Origin: Raillietiella orientalis
Lineage: Eukaryota
Assembly (NCBI GenBank): GCA_036172245.1
Contig: JAYWIR010000013.1
Location: 1,736,001 to 1,800,000, forward strand
Length of the DNA stretch: 64,000 bases
Direction of reading: 5' to 3'
A program made the translations under genes and the position numbers. Under the pieces are notes generated by a model that did not search any database, was not told the origin of the DNA, and saw nothing but the letters and a program-made list of their open reading frames with translations. Below, piece after piece: positions 26,151-38,388 of the stretch (position 1 is the first letter of the stretch; each line of letters starts with the position of its first letter).

Positions 26151-27196
26151 GTCCGTTGAACGAAAAAGGGTCTCCGGCTAAGACAAATTTTCAAGTTAAA
26201 CAAATCGAGGTATACGAAATGCTTGTGCTTCTGGTCTCAGATAAAGGTGAACCCCTTTCAGGAGACATTTTCTTGAAAAAAGCCAGGGGTGCCTTTCCTC
26301 TCAAGTAACATGGAAAAACTCTAAAATTTTCGGCATTTTTAATCATATCAAGCACCGAAACAAAAGCAATTAAACAGCAGCACTCTCCGATAGACAATAC
26401 AGGAAGCACCTGGATTTGAAACGAAGCACGTTCTTTCCTTGTTCGCAGTTTTAGAAAGATGAACCCGTGAATCAAATTCCTGGCAACAAATGCGAATTCC
26501 TCTATATGTATCTGAGGGGAAAACCACCTACCAAATCGCTCGCAAAATTGATGCGTTTCTTTTGTGGACTCAGTCCCATTATCATTGATGGGTTTCTTTG
26601 AGAACAGTGTACGGCAAGTACAGAACGAAAAGCTACCACCAAAGGTTCAAAGAGGACACGCCCAGTGGCTTATCGCAAGTTGGTTGGGCTTCTTACCAGA
26701 CGTCTCTTTCTGCTGTTGATAATTACGACGATAACAAAAATGCATGGCATCTTCATGGTTGAATACTCTCATTTGCTCAAGTAATTCCCACATCCTCACA
26801 TCTCCATTGGAAGTCTGAGAAAATGGGATTCGAAGCACTCCAGGATGCATGGGGAACTTCGAAGAGCATCCTCACAGAGCTTTGAAACGTTCTCGCCGAG
26901 AAGATGCACAGCAAGCTCGTTTCCATGAATTGGTGGTGGCACGCGACGCGCTCGAATTCGGAACCATGATGGCGCTCCTGCAGTACGCAATGCACTTTTT
27001 CAAACATCTCTCACTCAAGCGTGACGTTCAAAAGAATATTTTGACCCAACTGGGACACTAACGGCACACAAGTGCAAAGAGAGCATCGAAAAAAGACATC
27101 GCGAAGAAAACTTCGAAAAAGGGTTGATTGGAAGTAATCGATGCAAGAAGAAACGAATCAATCCTTCAGCATTTTAAAGAAAGATTTCTGGAATCC

Positions 27197-27242
27197 CTGA
27201 CGACGGCTGAGCGTCTCGTATGAGAAGCTCAGCCGCCGTCAG
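27197..27242. repeat. 46-nt near-perfect hairpin
   Basis: ctgacgacggctgagc / gctcagccgccgtcag (one mismatch) enclosing g-tctc-gtat-gaga-a. Confidence 0.85.
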
Positions 27243-29959
27243 AGACGCCCTGGCAATATTCAAAAGCAAAGAAACCGAAGCACACGAAGAGTTACATAGT
27301 AGAATTCAAGATGCATATTTTACCAGATAGTCAGTTGTTAATCAAGCAGGGCATAGGGAAAATTTAATAGAATCCTTTTTGGTGCATGGACTGAGAGCTA
27401 TATTTGATGAGAAATGTCAACATATTTATACTCGCAAATCGGAAATTAGAGACGGATCCTGGCGACCTGTAACGCCACGAATCTGGGATTCACTTTGATG
27501 CATTTTCCTGCAGGAAAATGAAATGAAGCGAATACCTTACAATGATAATCCCCGTCGTATTTTTGGTTGTTTTGAAAGGATCCAACGATAAATCACAAAC
27601 TTGAAAGTTGTAAATGACGGTTTTCGGGATTTCTCTTGGTTAAGAAAACAAGCACCGAGTGCGAAAGAAGGCAAAACATGAGCCAAGCTGAAGATAGCTG
27701 GAAATGGCACCCGAGCAGCTGGATAGAAGTTTCTTCAACCGAATCTTCCAGAGGACTTCCACAAGTAAAGCAGTTCGGATTCAGTCTTGCTATCTACTGA
27801 AACTACACCTTGAATTCTTTTTTTTTTCAAAAAAAAAAAAAGAACGCACACACAGATAACGAAGATAACGACAATTAAGGAAAACCTCCAGTGGCAAAAA
27901 AAAAAAAATTCATTACAGATTAGTAATGGGAGTGACCGAAAACCGTATATAACCACTAGAAAGCCAACCCAGAGATCGGAAAGCGAGCAAAGTGTACTTA
28001 AGTATGGTTTCATCCACATAACGATGGAAGAAATAAGGTCAGAATAGGGCATGAGATCCGCAAAAGGTCCATGATAACTAATAGAAATGCTGTTGTGGTT
28101 TCTATGCAAAACTAATCTCAGTTCACGCTACCCCACTGCACAAATCTGCATTCAGTCTAAAGCATACGCTTTACCAATTTTGAGAATGATTGGTATTCAA
28201 ATGGCTGTAGCAGGTCAGAACAGAAAACCATGGCAGAAACACTTCAAAGGTTCCATCGAGAAGAACTCATAAGCACTCAATACAAACAATTACCATGGAT
28301 ATGTATTTACTACATATCCATGGTAAGGCGATACAGGGGATGGTCAGCTCTGTATAGGAAACAAAGACTAGTTCACAGTACAACTGCGGATTTCATTCGC
28401 AGGGTAATTATTTCTATAGTACAATACAACTGCACCTCGCGAAGACCGAGGAAAGTATTCACTTCACATATGGGTTAGTTTGGAGTTAACCTCCACTAGT
28501 CAAAGGAACGGAGTATGTCAAATAAGTTGAGTGGAATACATGCACGAAGGTGTAACCCCCAGGTCTCGTAAACCAGTATTTTTTGTGTAATGTACCCGCT
28601 TATTCATCTTGACCACTGGAATTTTTTTCTTCTTTTTTTCAAGATTCTAAAGCAAGGAAACGTTCGGTTCACCAGATATGTATTCTTATCTGAAAAGGGA
28701 TACCAACGAACATTCAACTGGAGTTTGATGGAGCGAAACTAAAATCGTTTTTTCATACCTAATGAAAGTAGGATGCTCCCCATTCAAAGTGTATACAATA
28801 GGGCTGATCACGAAGCCTTATATGAGAAATACGAGTGTGCCAGAAAACATACGGAAACCAACATAAACTTGAATTTTATAAGATTTTCTGTATGGAGATT
28901 TCACACGTACAATTACTGAAACCTGAGATGTGGAACTAATAAATTATAGACACAGAGATAGTTTTCCCCTTACTGTTTACTTGAAAACCTCTAGAAATCA
29001 ACATAAATTGTGCCTGTACAGAACAAGAATCAATGTCTTCTTTCCAAATGACGCAATTCAAAATCACGCAGCTCTCAGGAGCCACTCCCTGCTGGACTTG
29101 ACAACTCAACGTATGGCTAGAAACTATTGAAATATTAGAAAAAAACAGGCAGAATGGTTTTGACCAAAATATACGGATGCAAAATTGATTGTCCTTTATA
29201 CCAAGGCACAACTGTAATGTGATAATTGATCCGATGTGCTGGACACCTATGGCAAGCATTGTGGGAAGGCAAGAGAATGGCAACGTAACTATTCAATCAT
29301 CATTCAATCATCGACACTTTTCATACAAGTCTGAGATCGAACTGTTGAATGAGGTTTTCATTTTTACATCAAAAACTGAGCTACCTATTACATTCATCAA
29401 CGCACCCCGCAACTGGAACCACAAGAGCAGGGTGCAAGATCTTTGAAACGTTGGTGCGAGCATCACACTGACAGACCATTCCCGTTGTTCGCAAAAAAGG
29501 AATTGGAAGTGATAGCAATTCTCTCCAAGTGCAACATTCTTTAAAGCGAGTCTTACATTCCTGCAGCAACGCAATGGATGAAAAAAAAAAAGGTTCAAGT
29601 AAGAACACGAAGGCTACACATATGTCCCCTATGAATGCTACAAAATCAAAAAGCGTACATAAAAAGAAAAACCACGGGGTGTTTCCTGGAAGGGTGGTAT
29701 TCACAAAAGCTGCGTGCTATACGCAGCGGCCAAAGGGAATTGCCAAAGTTTCGACCAGAAATTCAAGGGACACCACCTAAGCAAATGCCGATTTGCTTCG
29801 CAGCTTTGATGGCAAGACTTCATCAGAGACTTCCCAAATGCTAGCAAAACTCTTGAAAGTTTTCCACCGTTTTTTTATTTTTATTCATAGTAACCATCGT
29901 GACAGTTTTCCTAACGACTAACTTAAAGCGGGTATCAGGGCACTTCCTTGGCCGGAGTG

Positions 29960-30450
29960 CTGACCCCATTTCTCTCTCAATCAACATCCTGTGCATGAAA
30001 TCGCTTTGATCTTAGGTACTCATGTGAAGGCATCCGACTGTTTGGTACTTGGCTTCATTTGCTTGCGTGCCAACGAGATGCGCCAACGGGACAGATCGAC
30101 GCCAAGCGTGAACGTGATTTACAACGATTCCCACGGCAAAGACGAACTGTCCATTCAACAAACGCAACCGCTAGTAGAGTACGGGGTCCACATGAATTTC
30201 CGTTAACTTATGGATAAAGCAAATTCACTTATGGTGTCATCATTTACGGAGGGCCACGAACATGAGGTGCACCACTGCAACATTCCAACCAACCGGCATT
30301 TTCAAAAATTGCAAAGTAGCTTGCAGACATTTCCATCAGATGCAGTTGTACCTTACCACCAATTTCTTTTGTTTTTGCGTGATAAAGAGAATACGGATTT
30401 CAACCACGATCTTCATCAATGCCTTAGCTGTTCACCGACTCATCGGATGT
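29960..30450 (-). mobile_element. Possible Transib/Chapaev-like (RAG1-related) transposase remnant
   Basis: GTTASDGNVCKLL resembles GxTNDGNTARRF. Downstream VVNHVHAW..PLAHLVGTQANEAKY resembles H..PIGxLSEEAQEA. Stops present. Confidence 0.25.
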
Positions 30451-31295
30451 GCATTTTTTGTTTTTTTTGTTTTTTTTTTTTTGACGAACATCACCATCCA
30501 GTGGTATTAATGCTTTTTCCTTCAGGCTTCCTCCGCAACTTTTCAATGTGCAGAAACCTATGCTCGAGTACAATTCAACGTCACCAAAGAAGAACGATCA
30601 GTCCACTGGATCCGTCCTTCGCATCATCGAGATGCTCGCAGGCCACAGTGATGAAAAGAAATTTTTTCGCAATTGAAAGCCCGACAGGCAGCTCTCACGT
30701 TTCCGCATTCACGTACGCAGACATTCAACTACTTCCATGACTCACAAGAAATCGAAATGGCATAAACAAAGCACATGTGATGCAAAGATACTTTCGTCAA
30801 ACTGCGGGGATGATTGTTCTCATTGTTTGTACGATAAATAACACTTCCTGTTTAGAAGTAAGAGCAATCTCTTATTCCCGAAACAAAACAATGCACTTCA
30901 GCTCATTAACAATTTATAAATATAAGGAGACTCCACTTCTTTGTTCATTTCAATAATTTACACATCAGCATGGGCAGGGCTGTGCAAGAAAAAGGTAAAC
31001 AAAGCTCTGTCCTCACGAAAAACACACAAAAAAATGTGTCCATTGTCCTATTATTGTCCATTCTGATAAGCCGAAAATTTTGCATTAAAAAAATAATAAT
31101 AATAATCCTGCTGTTTGTAATGAAACCACTTTAGACTCTCCCACAGCATCTGTTTCAAAAGTACCCCCTTCTGAAGTAAAGTGCACAGAATAATAGGAGC
31201 TGGGATTTAGGAAAACCAAGCTCTCTTGGTCGCAAATGCTTTCTACGAAAACTGGAAGCTGGCCTACAAGCTGCCGCATTGCTCCGAGCAAGCAA

Positions 31296-34200
31296 TTAAT
31301 ATCTAAAATGCAAATACAGCAAATGCTGTTGCAGCAACAAGCTCACCCTGGAGGCTGAAAATCTGTATCGGCTAGATCGTCTTCTGCATCCTCTTCTTCT
31401 TCCCCATCATCTTTAAACACATTTGAATGAGAAATAAGTTTTGTGAGACATTACCTCCTCTGCGACGACGGAAGTACGCTCTTTTACTAACTTGGGGAGG
31501 CAGATCAGCTTCACCTTGCACAAGACTGTTATGATACATGAGTAAAGGTTGCCAATCTTCACCACGACTGGATGGCATTCCTGATGGAATGCGACGATTC
31601 AAATAATTTTGTCTAAGAAAGGCGAATGATTTTCAAGTATTTTAACCTTACACGACTTTTTTGTCCTGTTTGAGCAGTTTGTTGGTAAATTCTGCTAGAA
31701 TTTCAAGAAATGCAATGTTCTGAGGAGGACCTGTGGGATCCTCAGGATTCTCCAATGGATTGACAGCAAACAAAATCCCTTCTCGATGTAATGCTGTCAC
31801 TGCATCTCGGTTTTTCACAGCATCCAATCCAAAAGATAATGCAAAGCGTTTAGCTAGTTCCTAAACAAATTTGCAAAGCGAAAAAACTAAATTTTCAAAC
31901 CTTCAAGCCATGAAATTCTTCACTATGGCGCACAACCTTTCCACTTTCTTTTGCTAAATCTTTGAATAGAGTAATCAAGGACAAAATCATAGTACGTGCA
32001 CAATTCACTTTGTTTATCTCACGTGCTTTGCCCAGTGTTGCCTTGATGATATCACCATAATCATTATAGAAACGCACATAATGTTTAAACACATCTGCTG
32101 CACTTCTGGTGGGTAAAACATTATAAACTACCAGTTTGCAATATGAAGCCAGAAAGTTACGCCTCTTGTGCAACTCCTCAATTTTACCATGCTCATCTTG
32201 TTCATCATCATCCTCATTAACAAACACAAACTGCTGAATAAATGCATCTAGGAATTCTTGAATATTTCTATCTGGTTCATATACAAGACTAGCTAGGAGA
32301 GCATTGGAACCAAGCTGACTACTGAACACAATCAACAGGTCACACATGCATAGATAGGCTTCCTCACGAAAAACTTGGACTGGGGCTTGAGACACTAAAC
32401 GACAGCATAAAGCCATAAACATATGCAAGCGACAGCGAAGTTGTTCAAGCTGTGCTTCATCTGTGTGAGTTTCTGTAGTAGAATTTTCCAAGTGAACTAG
32501 ATCCCACAGGATACCAAAATACAATGCCGTGATACAATGACGGATTGCTTCTCTGGGGAAACTTTGACCATCCTCCAGAACGCTCTGGAGCATTTTAAAA
32601 AGATCATCCCAAATATTCCAGTTGCCCAAATCATGGCATGAGTAAAGTGTAGCAACTTTTTTCAAACTTGACATCAAGGAGAAAATCTCATCCTCATCAG
32701 GTTTCTCTCCCTGTTATTTTGTCAGACATCAGTTTGATTAGTTTGCACTTACTCCAATCAGTAAACTAGTAAACTCATCATGTGCTTCCCGATATCGGCC
32801 AATGACTGTATCCACCAGATTGGAGCGAGCTACATTGCAACGGGAAGAGATGGTGAAGTCTTCAGCACATAAGATGTCCAGAGTTTTGGCACAGTTCTCG
32901 AGTACTTCACTGTCTGTATGTTTGTCCACTACTTCTACAACCTGTTTAAGTAGTGTATCTAAGTGCTGCAACAAAGAAACAAAATAGGTGACTGACTAAA
33001 TCTCCAAGTCACCTTCTCTTGTCTCAACTGGGAATATAATTCCAAATCGAAGTATTGCGGGATAACAAGCAAATTAGCTACTTTTTCTGGATCAGCAATG
33101 TACTTGCTAAGCAATACAGGGAGAGTGGGGATAAAGTGCTCTGTCAGGCGATGCTTGTCTTCTTGCACCTGACGACTCTCTTTGGCTGACAAAATTTTCC
33201 GATTAGGTCCACGACCCACAGGTGGTTCTCCAGTGGCTGACTGCTTAATGGCACAAACCATAATCTCAATAAGGCTGGCTTCTTGTCGATCATCTAATGG
33301 TTCTTCCATCGGTCCTGGTTCTTCGATAAGTAAATCCGTCATTGTCTCCCAATCCTTGATCATCTCATTGGATTCAATTAGTGAATCTACTAAGTAAGCT
33401 CCATGTTCATGAAGCTGGCATTTGCTCAGCATCTGCTGTATCTTTTGACCATGACTTACTTCTGATTCAATGAAAAACTGGACTAGATCTCGAATAAGAG
33501 GCGTATTGGGACGCCGTTTCTTGCCTCTTTTGGTACGCAACAGCCCTACTTGTTCATCTTCTGGCAGAAAAAGACGTTCGTTGAGGAATTCACCTGCTGC
33601 CTGTGCTACTGCACGATGTGAAGAGTACACCAGTTCATAAACATGTTCACAGTCTTTGTCTGTCAAGATATCTCGATGAAACCTGATGAACCATATTTGA
33701 TACAATAAGACTTGCACTCACTTGAGAATGGAGATCACAAGTTTAACTGCTTGCACTGCTACATCAAATTCTTTGTCCAAAGTCATAGAGACAATCCGAT
33801 CCTTGAATTTGCTTGTAAATAGCTCCAATTTTCCTTTCAACTCCTCTGATGCATACAGAGGCTGTAGAGCTTGCAAACATTTGAGACGAACATCACCCAC
33901 TTTGTCATGCAATGTCCACCCAATATACTTGAGATAAGAGTCATCCAGAAAATTCTGGTGAAATTTTTTCATCCACACACCGATCTCTTGCATGCATATA
34001 GATCGAATTTCCGGAAGAGTATCCCTGAATTCAAATGAGTGTATTATATCCTGAATAAGTGTATTATATTATTATATAATAACATACCTGTATCTGTGTA
34101 CGAAGACTGATTTGAACATGTAAGTAAGCATATTTTTTATTTCATCCATGTTTTCTTCCAGTTCCTGACGCTTACTCAGCAAGGCCTCTAAACGATCAGT

Positions 34201-37200
34201 AGCCCTTTTATCTCTTGTTTTTGCTCTTTCTGCCTCATATTGACGCTGAGTATTGTCGAGATTAATGGATACAGTAAGGGCCACATCCACAAGAGCAGTC
34301 ATCAGTTTCATGGCTAGTTCATTGATTCAACAAATGAGCAAATATTTTCAATATATGTATCCACCTGCTAGAGTTGCAGTGTGTCGAAAAGCTCGTACTT
34401 GAGAATCGGACAATCCTGTTAATAATGATATGATGTTATCCATCAGATACTGATCATAGATGATGGAATACTGGCACTGCTTAACTAAAGTTTGTACAAA
34501 ATCGCAAAAATTGGCACGAAATTTTTTCCAATGTTGTCCACTCATTGTCAAAGGGTATTCTCCACTTTCCTAAGATTTAGAATGCAACAACTTTCAAAAA
34601 ATAAAGTGTACCTCTTCAAATTCTTCCGTCATCCTGCGAATTATTGCTGTGTGTTCCATTGAACTCTGCATCTGTGCAGTAATGCGACCTTTACAGCCAG
34701 CAGCATTAATGAAAAATTGCATCAACTGTAATAAAGCAGCATCCCTATTAATTTTGTAAGATTCTATCCATTCATCGACCACTTGCTGCCGAAGACAAAT
34801 CGTGAAAAAAATTTATGACAAGCAAATTGATACCTGTAGAGAAGCTTTGCCACTTTTGACAACAGCAAAAAGAGTAGCCTCATCTTCTAATCCATCTTCT
34901 ATTACTTTCCTCCCAAAACGCCGTTTCTTTGAATCTGGTTCCTCATCAATGGGGGGTAGATTACCTCGTTTTGCACCTGCAAAAGAATGAACACTAGTAA
35001 GATCTCTTAAAAGATAAGATTGTCTGTTAACTGAAAATACACGAGTATACGAATTCGGGCTTATGCGATCTAGCACAAAACTCCCTCTCTCCAAAACTTC
35101 AAGGCATTCCTTGTCTGCCTTCTTACAACAGCCAATTGAATTGATTGATAAACATAGCAATTTGAAATTTCATCTCAGTAAAATTCAGTTATTAGATTTC
35201 TGGGAATCTAAGGATGAAAATCACTAAAAGTCATGACAATATTGATTTACTGTAAACTTCAAAAGAGCCTATCTATTCCTTTCTAATAACTATAGTAACT
35301 TTACAATAGTAAATTTATAGATTACAACTCTTTTAGCTATTCTGTTGACTGTTCTTAATTACTTGTTCCAAAAACTTTATTATGATCATGGTACTTTAAT
35401 CCAAACACACTTATAAGTTCTCTAGTTTCAATCCAGTAGAATCAAATATTAACTCAGCTCTACATAATTTCCCAAATACTACATAATTTGAATCAAAATT
35501 ATGTAATTAACATTAAGCTTCAAAGATTCTACCTGCTAATCAATCCAATACTTCAGCAAAGATTAGGAACTGTCCAAAGATAGATATACATACTAATACT
35601 TTACAAGAATTAAAGTTGGACCCACAAGATTTCCCTCACATTTATCAAGTGCGTAGCATCCCAAAATGAAACAAATAAAAATTGTTTTGGCTTAAAAAGT
35701 ACCTTATGTTCCCTTGTAACATTGGCTTGATGCCTTAGGGTGTTAAAATGAGCATGATCAGATTGAGTTGTTTTTTTATACTTCGGGAAACAATGGATCT
35801 AATGACTTGATTCATTACTGTAATAGTGCATCATATATAACATTCATAAGAATCAATAATGCTCCAATTAATAGGGAAAAAAGGCAATATGGGATTTATA
35901 TTTCAGGATATCTGGTGGAGCTACAGAAGTATAATCTGCATCATTGCGACTCCTTCAACATTTCATAACCGAAATGTTTTATAAACAATATTGTTCTTAT
36001 AAAGTAAAATAAACAAATAAGCCCATCTCATAGAATCTGTAATGTGAGACAAAAATTGTACAATCATTCAATGTTTGTATAATTATACTTCTCACAACTT
36101 TGAATAAATATGCACATAGATGATGTACTAAATATAACAGGTATCCTTCTCCAATCTAAAATCTTTACACAATAATATCTGTAGAAGCAAAATGTATCCA
36201 GTAATTTAAAAGTTAACTGTCAAACAGAATTTAGTAGAATGCTAACAAAAAAGGTCTACTATAAATCGTACACTTTAATAATTCTAACTCTGGAGGACAA
36301 CAAACAGTTTAAAATACTTTTTAGTAGTACAAAGGTTAATAAAGGATTTGGCAGTGGTTGGGCCAACATAATAAACTATGAATGCTAGGTATTATTAGAG
36401 TATTCTGTCTTCTTTAAACTGAATTTACCTTGTGTTCTAAAAGAATTATAAGGCAAATTCGGTTTAACATAGTTCTTACTTTTGAAATGTGACTTTGGTC
36501 ATTAATAACTAAAAGTGAAAAGCAAAAATGAGAATCTGCACTGATTTGTATTTTGGACTTGTAAAGCCTTTCTTGGTATATATGAGAAGTCTGCAATAGG
36601 GATGCTTTTGCAAACTTGACAATAGTCAGATGCAAATACCAAATCTTATGATTGAACCTTGCACATCAAACATGAGTAAAAGTCCTAGTTTGTCTAAATT
36701 CATAAACTGATGATCCCTCTTAATAGAACAACCTTTTGTTCAGCTAAAAGCATCCCAAACTGAAAGTCAAAGTCATTAATAAAGAAAAACTTGAGTGCAT
36801 AAATTAGAACAGTTACAATAAGAATATTACAACTAATATGCAACTTTAAGATAATTAATATTCTGACAATTAATAAAGACTACGCAAATTACAACCACAA
36901 AAAAAAATGGAGTGACAACAAATTCATTTCTTTGATGTGTAAAATATCACAAACAAGGCTAATGTGTATACTTTATACAAGTACATGTTTGAGCATAGTT
37001 CATTTATTTTATGTGAATCAATCAAATATATATATTAGAATTTATGATGCTTTCTATTCTACACTTCAATGAACATAATTTTACACAGATACCCAAAATA
37101 TCATTACTCAATACTCAACATTAAAGATCTCAAGATCCAAATGCTCAACATGACTCATATCAAAATTAAACACCAGTTCCAGAAGATCCTTAAATATGAA

Positions 37201-38091
37201 TACATACCTCTGCCTCTGCCTCTGCCTCTGCCTCTCCCCCTTCCAGATGGTATCTGTAAAGTTCCTGGTTCTATGTACCTATGCTGTTGTTCCACTACAT
37301 GATGCTCTACTGATGGCTCAATATGAAAACCTACACTAATTATTAAATGTGACTGTGAATACATTTTTTATAACAAATATGTCAAATGAACAAATTAGTA
37401 CAAATTTTATGGAAACCTTTTTGATTTTTACATTTAATTTCTTAACCATTAATTGACAAAAAGGATGCGCAAGAAATTTAAAACTTCACACCCATAATAT
37501 GTACATAAAGCAAATCACCTTAGCACTTTATGAAGCAGTACACTTTATACACTTTCAAGGTATTAACTTGCAAAATGACAAAATTTTATACTACTGTGAT
37601 AATAAAACGAAAAAATAAGAAACCATTTATGTATTTTGATCACTACTCATTTCTGAAAAATCCATTATACATAAATAAATAATTTTGACTAATACACACA
37701 ATCCAACAAATGATGGGGGTTATTTAGTCTTCAGTTTTAATGCAACCAAAGATTTATACTCTACTGATGTAAAATTTCATTTTCCTTATAATTCCATATA
37801 ATTGTTTTAATATTTTGGGGAATTATCATTAAGACTTCGATTTATTAAGATCAGGGCATGCATATTTAAGGAAGGTACTGTATGTGATCCATACATTATT
37901 TGTACAACTTACTGAATTCCTTGAACAGGAGTTGATGGGGAATGAGAATATGGAGTAAATGGGGTGAAAGGCTGCTCAAGTTCACAACCATCCAAAGGTG
38001 TCATGGGAGTCATTGGATTTTCATATTCTGGAGGAATAGGATCATCCATTCTGATCCGTTTCCCTCCTCCTACCCGTGGCCGCATCCACAT
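31296..38091 (-). CDS. SA: Cohesin subunit SA / stromalin (STAG1/2, Scc3 family), about 1147 aa, spliced
   Basis: Translated exons match SA/STAG motifs: [86 protein letters not shown]. Hand-built, phase-consistent GT-AG exons: 38091-37913, 37335-37208, 34976-34834, 34785-34612, 34569-34365, 34313-34088, 34024-33722, 33682-33460, 33414-33013, 32965-32753, 32710-31901, 31860-31652, 31612-31455, 31410-31347, 31302-31296. If the last intron is retained the stop is at 31343. Confidence 0.97.
37208..37237 (-). repeat. (GGCAGA)n hexamer encoding a GRGRGRGRG tract in SA exon 2
   Basis: Plus-strand ctctgc repeats at 37208-37235, in frame in the exon model. Confidence 0.85.
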
Positions 38092-38330
38092 TTTGGAATT
38101 TAGATCTAGAAAAAAAATATTTTAGTTACTTTAATAAAACTCTCTATATTACTCTCTAAGTTAATCTATAAGCTCAAGCTAAATTACTACTATTGAGATA
38201 AATTTCCAGCTAATCTCTCCGATTTTTGTTGTAATTCTCATCTAAAAATGCCGAAAGACAAATACTGAAGACATGTTGGGGTTCAAAAAAAAACCTAAAT
38301 ACTATTTACCGGTGCAGGTAATGACCACAT

Positions 38331-38388
38331 ATTTAAAAAACTATAAACAAGACGCTCATTTAAAAAACTGTAAACAAGACGCTCATTT
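38331..38388. repeat. 27-bp tandem duplication upstream of SA
   Basis: atttaaaaaact(a/g)taaacaagacgctc occurs twice with one mismatch. Confidence 0.9.
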
